NCBI GenBank assembly: GCA_028711705.1
Contig: JAQTRS010000001.1
Span: 201,657 to 265,656 of the forward strand
Length of the DNA: 64,000 bases
Reading direction: 5' to 3'
DNA from: Candidatus Moraniibacteriota bacterium
Lineage (GTDB): Bacteria > Patescibacteriota > Minisyncoccia > Moranbacterales > UBA1568
A model generated the notes under the pieces. That model saw only the letters and a list, made by a program, of their open reading frames with translations, did no database searches and was not told the DNA's origin. A program made the position numbers and the translations under genes. Positions 37,046-45,961 of the stretch are shown one piece after another (the stretch's first letter is position 1; every line of letters begins with the position of its first letter).

Positions 37046-37108
37046 GGTAGTGTATCGAGCCTTCCTGGATACAGTACCCTGCCCGAAATGACAGCTCGGA
37101 GAGGAAAG

Positions 37109-37453
37109 CTATGCAGCCTTCACTTCCTCTACGGACGCTTCTTCTGCTTTTGCTTCCTCCGCAGGAGCTGCCTCCACCTTCACAGGGCGGGCGATTTTCA
37201 CCGCGCGCTTCTTATCGGATGCGACCACGCCTTCCTTCACGCAAAGGTTGAAAGCGGAATCAGACATCTGGGCGCCCTGTCCCAACCAGTATTGGATGCG
37301 TTCTGCCTTCAGCACAGCCTTTTTCTGATGCGGATCATAGCTTCCCAATACTTCTACATGGCGTCCTCCGGGGGCGATTGTGTGTTCTTGTACCACCACG
37401 CGGAACTGAGCATGATTCTTTCGTCCCGTTCGATTAAAGCGAATCGTCAACAT
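37109..37453 (-). CDS. rpsP: 30S ribosomal protein S16
   Basis: MLTIRFNRTGRKNHAQFRVVV start and a C-terminal Ala/Glu/Lys-rich tail. Confidence 0.9.
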   Translation of the reverse strand: MLTIRFNRTGRKNHAQFRVVVQEHTIAPGGRHVEVLGSYDPHQKKAVLKAERIQYWLGQGAQMSDSAFNLCVKEGVVASDKKRAVKIARPVKVEAAPAEEAKAEEASVEEVKAA

Positions 37454-37490
37454 AATATACTATCAATTACACCGTTTAAAGTCTTCCCCT

Positions 37491-37519
37491 ATTCTACGCT
37501 AAGGCTTGAAAACTGTCAA
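37491..37519 (-). promoter_or_regulatory. consensus sigma-70 promoter for rpsP (TTGACA-17-TAGAAT)
   Basis: -35 at 37514-37519 and -10 at 37491-37496. About 30-nt leader. Confidence 0.6.
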
Positions 37520-37547
37520 TATCCCGCTATTTTCCGTCCCCGCACCC

Positions 37548-38204
37548 CTAGAGGATATACGAGGAAATGGTATAGACCATAGTGAAATCATTGATAATTT
37601 TCTGGGCCACCATTTTCCCGTCATCATTTATCTTCGACTGAGGAAGAATGATGAAGGTCCGCAATTTGACCGCATTGGCCTGCGAAGAAATGACCTCGAG
37701 CGACCCTATCTTCTGGCCGCCCATAAGCTCTTTATTCCTGATTTTTGGCAAAGCTCCCTCCTCCTGCGAAGAGGTGTCGCCGTATTCGAACACCGTATTG
37801 AACGTATCAGTATCGACTACCCGCAACAGTAAGAAATCACAATGCACAACGCCACGGATCTTTCCGAGCGTCGATGCCGCAAACTCCTGCATCTCCTGCT
37901 TGCTCCGGGGATAATCCTTATCCTCCGTCAGGGCAAGCCGAAACCTGTCCACCAGCAGGTTGACGGCACCGATATGCTTCCAGACTTCCTGAAGCATCTG
38001 CTCTTGCTGGCGCATCTCTTTCTCATAGAAATAGTTGATCGCCACGCCGATAGCAAGGAGCAAGAAAATGATCAGACCTTCCAAAACCTCCTCAGAGAAG
38101 AACGCCACGTCGTCCCGGATGAAATAAGGTGTCAGGACGATGGTGATGACCAAAACATTTATGACTACAAAGTACGACTTCTTTAAGATATCTATTTTAT
38201 GCAT
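37548..38204 (-). CDS. hypothetical membrane protein (2 N-terminal TM helices plus a cytoplasmic domain)
   Basis: 218-aa ORF. No recognisable domain. Confidence 0.5.
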   Translation of the reverse strand: MHKIDILKKSYFVVINVLVITIVLTPYFIRDDVAFFSEEVLEGLIIFLLLAIGVAINYFYEKEMRQQEQMLQEVWKHIGAVNLLVDRFRLALTEDKDYPRSKQEMQEFAASTLGKIRGVVHCDFLLLRVVDTDTFNTVFEYGDTSSQEEGALPKIRNKELMGGQKIGSLEVISSQANAVKLRTFIILPQSKINDDGKMVAQKIINDFTMVYTISSYIL

Positions 38205-38347
38205 ACGAACATTTTATTTTTCATTCCGCTGATGTGAATAAGGATATACCCCTTATTTCGACTCTTTCCAGTCTAGCATAAAAGCACCCTCGGTGACACC
38301 TGTGATCTGAAGAAGATAGTGCACAATCAACCCAAAAGCTGTTCGCA

Positions 38348-38971
38348 TCAACCCTCATTTCGTGTCCGATTATGGCACCAGATAGCCACAACCGCCAAGA
38401 TAAACACCGCAATCTGCCACCGATAATCGATCATGCCGAAATACGCGAACACAAACGCGAACGGGATAATGCCGATCGCGGTGGAAATATAATATGTCTT
38501 CCGATCCACGCTACTGAAAAGTCCTAAAGCATAGCTGAGCACATCGACCGGAACGGACATCCGGAGCAGGATCAGACCAACAAAGCCATACCGCTGCGGG
38601 ATAATACGCTGGAGCGCGGCCTTTGACTGATCATTCAAGCTTTCGAGGATACGTTTCCGTCCATACGACCGCGAGAGTTCGAAGGCGATCGCTGCCCCGA
38701 TGAACCACCCAAGGATACTGAGCAGGGCTCCCATCACCCATCCCCACAATCCCGATGCCGCAGCGATAAGCGGCACCGAACTCACCGGAGCGATGACGGT
38801 CGCGATAATCGTCATGGCCACGTATGAAAGCTTCCCGAACCAACCCTCCCCCACCATACGCGCCAAAGTATCGACATGCGTCTGCGCCGCATACGACAAC
38901 ACGATAAATACGGCAAGCGCCGCAATAAGCCGTATCCACGATCGCACCGGTACCGTATACGCCATAATCAT
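38348..38971 (-). CDS. TVP38/TMEM64 (DedA-superfamily) membrane protein
   Basis: VTT-domain-like sequence (GWFIGAAIAFELSRSYGRKRI). Multiple TM helices. Confidence 0.7.
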   Translation of the reverse strand: MIMAYTVPVRSWIRLIAALAVFIVLSYAAQTHVDTLARMVGEGWFGKLSYVAMTIIATVIAPVSSVPLIAAASGLWGWVMGALLSILGWFIGAAIAFELSRSYGRKRILESLNDQSKAALQRIIPQRYGFVGLILLRMSVPVDVLSYALGLFSSVDRKTYYISTAIGIIPFAFVFAYFGMIDYRWQIAVFILAVVAIWCHNRTRNEG

Positions 38972-38981
38972 CAGTTATCTA

Positions 38982-41276
38982 TCACGCACCCACAAGCTTT
39001 CCATCATCGGCAACCTGATCGAGACGGACGGAGAGGAGCTTGGAAATACCGTCATCGCCCATCGTAACGCCGTACAGAAGCGAGGCCTGGCGCATCGTTT
39101 CGCGGTTATGGGTGATGGCCACGAATTGCGTGTGATGCGAAAGCTCCTGAAGGACGCGGCTGAAGCGGCGCGAGTTCGCCTCGTCCAAAGCCGCTTCCAC
39201 CTCATCGAGCACCGCAAATGGCGGCGGATTATGCGAGATGATGGCGAAAAGCAAAGCAAGCGACGTCAGCGAGCGCTCTCCGCCCGAGAGCATCGCGAGA
39301 TTGGCGATCCTTTTCCCGGGAGGGCACGCGAAAATCTCGATGCCCGTCTGCATCGATCCCTCACCCTCCTCATCACTCATATCATCTTCATAAGCAGCGC
39401 CGTTCAAACTGTTTGATTCCTGATTCTTAATTCTTGATTCTACTCTTATCTTGGCCAATTCCGCCTTACCTCCCCCGAAAATGAGCGAAAAATAATGCTC
39501 GAATTCCTTGCTGATCGTACCGAAGGCCGTATCGAATTCCTTGCGGATCTTTTCATCCATCTCGCGCACCACCTGCTGCAAGGCCTCCATAGCCTTCTTC
39601 AGATCAGATGATTCCTGCGTCAAAAAGCCATAGCGCTTTTCCGTTTCGACATACTCATCCACGATCAGCGGGTCGATGTTGCCGATCTGTTCGAGCACCA
39701 CCTTGAGCCTCGCGATATCCCGTTCCATCACCTCCTTATCGATCTCCTGGCCATCATGCGTCAACTGCGCCGGTTCCATAGCGAGCTCTTCCTTGATTTC
39801 CGCCACTAAGTCCTCCTCCCGCACCTCCACACGGGCCAAGCGCACCTTGGATTCATTGAGCGTATCTTTCAGGACACTCAATTCATGCTGTTTCGCGCGG
39901 GCCTGCCTTTCCAGCTCGAAGAACTTCTCACGGCTCAAGCGGCTCTTCTCCCGCTCGCCAGCGATGGCCGATTCGCTCTCCGCGATCTCTTTCCTCAATG
40001 CGATACCCTCTTTCGTAAGGGCTGTTTTCCGGGCCTCAAGCTCAGCCAAACGGCTATCGCTCGCCTCCAGCTCCTCCTTCGGCAACGTGATCGTCTGTTT
40101 CGTCACTACCGCGCCCTTGCCGGCATCTTCATGCAGCTCAAACATCCGCGTCTGGATTACGCGCGCCAATTCCTTCAGATCCTGCAATTCCGAAAGGTCC
40201 TCAACATTCCCCAATCGCTCGATCAATGTTTCCTGATCCTTGCGGAACTCTGCCAAACGCGTGCGCACGTAGGCCAGATCGACCGGCGTACTCTGCACGA
40301 CTTCCTTGGGCACGCGACGTTCCCGCTCCACCTGGATACGGCCTTCCACGATCGCGATTTCCCGCTCCCTGCCATTCAATTGGATACGGACATCACGGAT
40401 AGCCTTCTCGAGAGCATCGATCGCCCCCTGATCCTCCGCCCGTATCGACTCATTCGATAGCGACTGATCGATGGCCTCCGACTGCGCCTCCGCCGCCGCA
40501 AGTTTTCTGACCAAGGCATCGCGCTCCTGCGCCAGCTTCAACCGCTCGCTATCGAACCTATGCCACAAAAATCCGAAGAGCTGCAGCTGCTTCTTCCGAA
40601 GGGTCTCCGCCATCTCCTTTCCCTGCGAAGCCCTCTCCGCCTGGCGTTTCAGATTTTTCAGATGCGGCTCGATTTCAAGGATAAGGCCGTCCACCCGTAT
40701 CAGATTATCCTTCGTGCTGTTCATCTTGCGCAGCGATCGATCTTTCTCTATCTGGTATTGTTTCACGCCGGCAGCGTCCTCAAATATCCCCCGGCGTTCC
40801 AGCGGCGTCGCATTGAGAATAGCGTCCGACATGCCCTGCGTGATCACGCAGTAGCTGTCCTTGCCGATACCCGATTTCGCCAAGACGTCCACAATATCCA
40901 AAAGCCGTGCCCGGCTGCCATTGATCAGGTATTCGCTCTCGCCGCTTCGGAAAAACTTTCGCGTGATGGCCACTTCCGAAAACTCGAGCGGGATGCGCTT
41001 ATCGGCATTATCGAAATGCAACGTGACGGACGCATTGCCCAAGCGAGCCTTCTTGCTCGAACCGGCAAAGATGACATCCTCGGATTTCCTTCCGCGGAGA
41101 TTCTTAAGCGACTGCTCGCCGATAGCCCAGCGGATAGCGTCCGCGATATTGGATTTTCCCGAACCGTTGGGCCCCACCACCGCCGTGATACCACCTTTTC
41201 GGTCAGACGAAAAATCCAACACGGTTTTGTTGGCGAATGATTTGAACCCGGAAATTTCAAGTTTTTTGAGATACAT
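38982..41276 (-). CDS. smc: chromosome segregation SMC-type ATPase, short (764 aa) form with no recognisable hinge domain
   Basis: N-terminal FKSF...GPNGSGKSN Walker A. C-terminal LSGGERSLTSLALLFAI signature and VLDEVEAALDEAN Walker B/D-loop. Coiled coil between. No GRATFLPL-type hinge. In-frame low-complexity insertion at about 39360-39440. Confidence 0.85.
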   Translation of the reverse strand: MYLKKLEISGFKSFANKTVLDFSSDRKGGITAVVGPNGSGKSNIADAIRWAIGEQSLKNLRGRKSEDVIFAGSSKKARLGNASVTLHFDNADKRIPLEFSEVAITRKFFRSGESEYLINGSRARLLDIVDVLAKSGIGKDSYCVITQGMSDAILNATPLERRGIFEDAAGVKQYQIEKDRSLRKMNSTKDNLIRVDGLILEIEPHLKNLKRQAERASQGKEMAETLRKKQLQLFGFLWHRFDSERLKLAQERDALVRKLAAAEAQSEAIDQSLSNESIRAEDQGAIDALEKAIRDVRIQLNGREREIAIVEGRIQVERERRVPKEVVQSTPVDLAYVRTRLAEFRKDQETLIERLGNVEDLSELQDLKELARVIQTRMFELHEDAGKGAVVTKQTITLPKEELEASDSRLAELEARKTALTKEGIALRKEIAESESAIAGEREKSRLSREKFFELERQARAKQHELSVLKDTLNESKVRLARVEVREEDLVAEIKEELAMEPAQLTHDGQEIDKEVMERDIARLKVVLEQIGNIDPLIVDEYVETEKRYGFLTQESSDLKKAMEALQQVVREMDEKIRKEFDTAFGTISKEFEHYFSLIFGGGKAELAKIRVESRIKNQESNSLNGAAYEDDMSDEEGEGSMQTGIEIFACPPGKRIANLAMLSGGERSLTSLALLFAIISHNPPPFAVLDEVEAALDEANSRRFSRVLQELSHHTQFVAITHNRETMRQASLLYGVTMGDDGISKLLSVRLDQVADDGKLVGA

Positions 41277-41339
41277 ACGAAAATGACCAAGGATGACTTT
41301 ACTTCAGTTTACCCTATTATCGCCCGGAAGAAAAGAAAA

Positions 41340-41370
41340 AAGGCCAGCGATGCTTCTGCCGGCCTTTCAC
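41340..41370 (-). terminator. intrinsic terminator (GGCCGG...CTGGCC plus U6) downstream of the small ORF and rnc
   Basis: Read on the minus strand: GGCCGGCAGAAGCATCGCTGGCCTTTTTTC. Confidence 0.55.
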
Positions 41371-41398
41371 ATTCCCCGCTACATTGCACATGAAAACC

Positions 41399-41545
41399 TT
41401 AGCGCCTCCTTTTGTCTGAAAAACCGATATGCCTGATAGGCCGGCGTTTCAGTATACCGGGCAAAAAGAAACCTATAGCAACTCCCAAAACGAAAGTTCC
41501 TACAATCAAAAGGACAAGAACCCACAACTTCATTCCTATAATCAT
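41399..41545 (-). CDS. unlisted 48-aa small membrane protein (MIIGMKLWVLVLLIVGTFVLGVAIGFFLPGILKRRPIRHIGFSDKRRR)
   Basis: Hand-translated from the minus strand. Single TM helix plus a basic tail. G-rich RBS-like GTGGGGG upstream. Terminator immediately downstream. Sits between rnc and smc. Confidence 0.4.
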   Translation of the reverse strand: MIIGMKLWVLVLLIVGTFVLGVAIGFFLPGILKRRPIRHIGFSDKRRR

Positions 41546-41596
41546 CACAAACCCCCACGATGCTATTGTCAAACAAACTACAAAAAAAACTCTCCT

Positions 41597-42283
41597 TTAC
41601 CAGCCCTTCTTTTCCAAAGCATTCTTCGCGGCGTCGCGCTGAGCCTCCTGTTTGGATTGGCCCTCGCCCTCCGCGATCAATTCCTCGCCCAAAAAGGCGC
41701 CGGAAACGAAATGCTTGTCATGGTCCGGTCCCTGTTCACGCAGAACATGATAGCTGGGCGTGATACCCAGCCGCTCCTGAGCCTCTTCTTGGAAGCGGCT
41801 CTTGGGATCGGCATACGACTTGCTTTTCAAGACCTCCTCCAGATGGATGAGTACGGTCTTGGAAATGAAGACTTTCGCGGCATCATATCCCTGATCAAGG
41901 TACAGGGCTCCGATAATCGCTTCCATGGCATTGGCAAGCAGATACTGCCGGGCGCGCCCCTTGTCCTTGGCCTCGCCCTTGCTCATCATCAAAAATTCCT
42001 CGACGCCGATAGCCCGGGCCACCTGAGCCAGCATCTCGCCATTGACCAAGGCCGCCCGCCAGCTGGTCAATTCCCCCTCCGGATTGGAGTAATTGTGGTA
42101 CAGATACTCCGTCACCACCAATTCCAAAACGGCGTCCCCCAAGAATTCGAGGCGTTCATTGTGATTGAGCGGATGGTCGCGATGCTCGTTCAGATACGAA
42201 CGGTGCGTCACCGCCATCTGAAAAAGGTCCTCCTTATGGATAAGGATACCGAGTTTTTTTGCTAAATTATCCGCGTTAAACAT
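41597..42283 (-). CDS. rnc: ribonuclease III
   Basis: ERLEFLGDAVLELVVTEYLY RNase III signature and a C-terminal dsRBD. Confidence 0.9.
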   Translation of the reverse strand: MFNADNLAKKLGILIHKEDLFQMAVTHRSYLNEHRDHPLNHNERLEFLGDAVLELVVTEYLYHNYSNPEGELTSWRAALVNGEMLAQVARAIGVEEFLMMSKGEAKDKGRARQYLLANAMEAIIGALYLDQGYDAAKVFISKTVLIHLEEVLKSKSYADPKSRFQEEAQERLGITPSYHVLREQGPDHDKHFVSGAFLGEELIAEGEGQSKQEAQRDAAKNALEKKGW

Positions 42284-42302
42284 ATGTATAAAAAATCAAC
42301 AA

Positions 42303-42875
42303 CTAAGCCGCAGCAGCCGAAACTTCCGTTTCTTCCGTCTTCTTCGATTCCCTCTTTCCCATCTTTTTCGTCGCCTTCTCCTCAGCACCCTCCTTCGCCC
42401 TCACCGCCTTCGCCTTGTCCATCTTTCGCTTCAGCGTCGAATCATCTTTCAGGGGTTCCCCGATATTGCGATACACCGTTCCCAAAACACCGTTGATAAA
42501 CCGGGCGGAACTATCGCCGCCGAATGTCTTGGCCAATTCGATAGCCTCGTTGATAGCTACCTTCGGAGGGGCATCATCATAATTGCCATACACCAATTCA
42601 AAGATACCCAGACGCAAGATATTGCGATCGATCACCGTCACCTGATCAAGCGGCCATTCCGGCGCGCAGGTTTCGATCATCGAATCGATCGCCTCCTGAT
42701 GAGCCATCACGCCCTGCACCAATTTCTTCGTAAAAGAGGCGTCCTCGAGTCCGAGCGCGAATTCCCGCACGTTCCGGTCGACGATCTCTTCCGTTTTGCT
42801 CTTATCCTGACCCTGGAAGTCCCACTCGAAAAGCGACTGCATAGCTAAGGATCTCTGAAGGTGACGGTTTGCCAT
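42303..42875 (-). CDS. nusB: transcription antitermination factor NusB with a Lys/Glu-rich C-terminal extension
   Basis: [20 protein letters not shown] start. Core of about 140 aa plus a tail of about 45 aa. Confidence 0.85.
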   Translation of the reverse strand: MANRHLQRSLAMQSLFEWDFQGQDKSKTEEIVDRNVREFALGLEDASFTKKLVQGVMAHQEAIDSMIETCAPEWPLDQVTVIDRNILRLGIFELVYGNYDDAPPKVAINEAIELAKTFGGDSSARFINGVLGTVYRNIGEPLKDDSTLKRKMDKAKAVRAKEGAEEKATKKMGKRESKKTEETEVSAAAA

Positions 42876-42893
42876 ATTGTTTTGAAAAAACTA

Positions 42894-43094
42894 TTATTTC
42901 TTTTTCGGCGTAGCCTTTTTGAGAGTATCTACGAACTCTTTTCCCTTATAGGAACCGCACTTCGGGCAGACGGTGTGAGAAAGCACGGGGGCCTGACACT
43001 TCGGGCAAGCCTGAGTATTCTTAAGAACGACTTTGAGGCCGACTCGTCCGCGCTTCTGGCGCATTTTGCTGTGATGTTGCTTTTGTACTGGCAT
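42894..43094 (-). CDS. rpmF: 50S ribosomal protein L32
   Basis: MPVQKQHHSKMRQKRGRV start and a CPKC...CPKCG zinc ribbon. Confidence 0.85.
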   Translation of the reverse strand: MPVQKQHHSKMRQKRGRVGLKVVLKNTQACPKCQAPVLSHTVCPKCGSYKGKEFVDTLKKATPKKK

Positions 43095-43278
43095 AAAATA
43101 GACACTTAACGGTTATACAGTAAAATCTGCTTTCTGAAAGCAAAAAAGAAACAAACTGACACGAAGGGCTTCATTCGTTTCCTACTACAACACAGGATAA
43201 CACTTCCTTTCGTTTTTGACAAATCCCCCACCCGTATCTTTGCCCCCAAGAACCGCGCTTCCGAAAGGGACTTTGTGC

Positions 43279-43287
43279 TGGTATAAT
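43279..43287 (+). promoter_or_regulatory. extended -10 promoter TGGTATAAT, 8 nt upstream of the AOX start codon (leaderless-type transcript)
   Basis: TATAAT at 43282-43287 and ATG at 43296. No SD. Confidence 0.5.
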
Positions 43288-43295
43288 GGAAAGAT

Positions 43296-43931
43296 ATGAC
43301 CCCTTCGCATACCGATTCACCCGAAAGCACTCTCCTCCACTACGAACCGCAGTGTTTTTCCGACTGGGTCGCTTTCGTGCTCGTGCGCGTTTCCCGCCTT
43401 ATCGCCGATGCCTTCTTCGCCAAGCGCTACGGGCCAAGGGCGGTCGTCCTCGAAACGATCGCCGCCGTCCCCGGAGCCGTCGGATCGCTATTCCTTCACC
43501 TCAAAAGCCTTCGCCGCATCCAAGACGACCAGGGATTCATCCGTCAATTGCAAGAAGAGGCGGAAAACGAGCGCATGCACCTCATGGCCTATGTCCTCTT
43601 GGCCAAACCCTCCTTTTTCGAAAGGCTGCTCATCATCATCGCGCAGGGGATATTCTGCCTCGGCTATACCCTCATCTACTTCATCTCACCCAAGACAGGC
43701 CATCGCACCGTGGGATACCTGGAGGAAGAGGCCGTCAAAAGCTATACCTCCTTTCTGGATGAGATCCGATCCGAAAGGCATCCCAATCCCCCGGCACCGG
43801 CATTCGCTATCAGCTACTGGAAGCTTGCGCCCGAGGCCCGTCTCTATGACATGGTTGTCGCCACACGGGCGGATGAGATACGCCATCGGAACGCCAATCA
43901 TGATCTCGCTCATGCCATAACCACCTTATAA
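43296..43931 (+). CDS. aox: alternative oxidase / plastoquinol terminal oxidase family di-iron quinol oxidase
   Basis: LETIAAVPG, NERMHLMAY, GYLEEEAVKSY and RADEIRHRNANHDLA, the four iron-binding E(xxH) motifs typical of AOX/PTOX. Confidence 0.8.
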   Translation: MTPSHTDSPESTLLHYEPQCFSDWVAFVLVRVSRLIADAFFAKRYGPRAVVLETIAAVPGAVGSLFLHLKSLRRIQDDQGFIRQLQEEAENERMHLMAYVLLAKPSFFERLLIIIAQGIFCLGYTLIYFISPKTGHRTVGYLEEEAVKSYTSFLDEIRSERHPNPPAPAFAISYWKLAPEARLYDMVVATRADEIRHRNANHDLAHAITTL

Positions 43932-43938
43932 ACTTCCT

Positions 43939-44433
43939 ATGAAAAAACTCCTCAACACGCTTCTGACCGATCATTCATTGCGCTCATGGGTCGTTTTCCT
44001 CGGCTGCGTCTTGCTCTTAGGAACAGGCTATTTCCTCCAATACAGGGTCGGCCTCATCCCCTGCCCGCTGTGCATCCTCCAAAGATTCTTTTTCGCGCTC
44101 GTCGGGATAACGGCGCTCGCCATAGCCATACGCAAACCCTCTGCGCAGGAACTCACCCTCCTTAGCTATGCCATGCTCGCATGTTCATTTTTCGGCGGCG
44201 CCTTGGCAGCAAGGCAGATATGGCTCCAACATAATCCTCCAAGTCTGCTAGGTGCCAGCTGCGTGCCGGGACTTGCATCCATCACCAACCTCATCGCATC
44301 GATTTTCAAAGCCACGGCCGATTGCGCCGAAAAAGGATGGACGCTTTTGAGCCTTTCCATCCCCGAATGGTCCCTTATCGCTTTCGTCGTACTCGCAGTG
44401 ATAAGCACCATTCCTCTCTGGAAGAAAGACTAA
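43939..44433 (+). CDS. dsbB: disulfide bond formation protein B
   Basis: 4-TM protein with a CPLC first cysteine pair and a second periplasmic Cys pair (C...C about 25 aa apart). Starts 8 nt after the aox stop. Confidence 0.75.
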   Translation: MKKLLNTLLTDHSLRSWVVFLGCVLLLGTGYFLQYRVGLIPCPLCILQRFFFALVGITALAIAIRKPSAQELTLLSYAMLACSFFGGALAARQIWLQHNPPSLLGASCVPGLASITNLIASIFKATADCAEKGWTLLSLSIPEWSLIAFVVLAVISTIPLWKKD

Positions 44434-44509
44434 GACCTACATACGATCTCACAGCGATGGATCTTGTTTTACATATTTTTTATATGTGTGGTGAGACCGT
44501 AGGCAAGCT

Positions 44510-45754
44510 CTAAGTATACAGAGGGAATTTCGAACACAGATCCTTCACCTCCCGATGCAGAGCCCTCAGGATTTTCTTCGATTCCCGCACCCGAAGCGCC
44601 TCATCTATCCATTGAGCGATCAATTTCACCTCTCGTTCTTTCATACCGCGCGTCGTGAGCGCCGGAACACCGATGCGCAGACCGCTCGGGTCGAACGGGC
44701 TTCGGGCATCATCCGGCACCATATTCTTATTAACCGAAATACCGATGGCATCCAAAACCGTCTGTGCCTCCTTGCCGCCGATACCGAATGTCTGAAAAAC
44801 ATCCGCCACGACCATATGATTATCCGTACCGCCGAAAGCGATCACAAATCCTCGCTTTCGCAATTCATTTTCTAAAGTCTTGGCATTCTTGATCGTCTGT
44901 TTGGCGTATTGCTTGAACTCTTTCTGCAATGCCTCCTGAAACGCGACGGCCTTGGCCGCGATAACATTCATATGCGGTCCACCCTGGAATCCAGGGAAGA
45001 TCGACTTATCGATCGCCTGCGCGAATTTCTCACGACACATGATCATGCCCCCGCGAGGACCACGCAGCGTCTTATGCGTCGTGGTCGTGACGATATCGAA
45101 ATACGACACCGGATTCTCGACCGCCTTGCCCGCCACCAAACCGGCGATATGCGCCATATCCATCATCGTGATGGCCTTGACCTTCTTTCCGATCGCCGCG
45201 AATTTCTTATAGTCTAGCTGCCGCGTATAGGATGAGAATCCTGCCAGTAACAGCTTGGGCTTCACTTCCATCGCCAATGCTTCGAGCTTTTTGTAATCGA
45301 TGCTCCCGTCCGCTTCCGTCTTATAGCGCACGAAGTTATAAATCTTGGACATATACGTTACCGGATGCCCGTGCGTCAGATGGCCGCCATGAGAAAGGTC
45401 CATTCCCAGTATCGTATCTCCCGGCTCCAGCACCGCCATATAGGAAGCGATATTGGCCGCAGCACCCGAAAGCGGCTGGACATTCACGTGTTCCGCACCG
45501 AATAATTTTTTGGCCCGCTCGATAGCCAGGTTCTCCACCATATCCGTATACTCCTGACCGCCATAATAACGCCGCCCCGGATACCCTTCGGAATATTTGT
45601 TGGTGAACACCGTGCCGAGCGCCTCGATAACCGCCTCCGAAGCGTAGTTTTCCGATGCTATCATCTCGAGCCCTTCTTCTTGCCGCTTAAGCTCCCCCTT
45701 GATCGCCTTCATCACTTCCTTATCCTCTTTTTTGACAGCATTATAGGTCAACAT
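44510..45754 (-). CDS. glyA: serine hydroxymethyltransferase
   Basis: Start trimmed to MLTYNAVKKEDKEV. GYPGRRYYGG and THKTLRGPRGG PLP-binding motifs. Preceded by a TGGTATACT extended -10 at 45850-45858. Confidence 0.93.
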   Translation of the reverse strand: MLTYNAVKKEDKEVMKAIKGELKRQEEGLEMIASENYASEAVIEALGTVFTNKYSEGYPGRRYYGGQEYTDMVENLAIERAKKLFGAEHVNVQPLSGAAANIASYMAVLEPGDTILGMDLSHGGHLTHGHPVTYMSKIYNFVRYKTEADGSIDYKKLEALAMEVKPKLLLAGFSSYTRQLDYKKFAAIGKKVKAITMMDMAHIAGLVAGKAVENPVSYFDIVTTTTHKTLRGPRGGMIMCREKFAQAIDKSIFPGFQGGPHMNVIAAKAVAFQEALQKEFKQYAKQTIKNAKTLENELRKRGFVIAFGGTDNHMVVADVFQTFGIGGKEAQTVLDAIGISVNKNMVPDDARSPFDPSGLRIGVPALTTRGMKEREVKLIAQWIDEALRVRESKKILRALHREVKDLCSKFPLYT

Positions 45755-45961
45755 ATGATTGTGCTTTATGATTACTCCGTACTCATGCACCACCGACAAC
45801 ACGCCTGCTAACGTATACGACACTCGAGCATTCTTTCAAATACAACCCTAGTATACCACTTTTCCTGATTTCAAACAGCCTCTTTTTTAAAGCGACCAGC
45901 CTGGAAAATCCTTCCAAGCCTATAGAGTGAAGAGAGATTTCATGCATGGAAATCGAAAAAT

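Noticed and set aside
41412-41642. Lys/Arg-rich 76-aa plus-strand ORF (TTG start) and 65-aa minus-strand ORF 41379-41576
   Set aside because: Both depend on TTG starts without RBS and overlap the better-supported 48-aa minus-strand small ORF in another frame. The plus-strand ORF also runs antisense into rnc.
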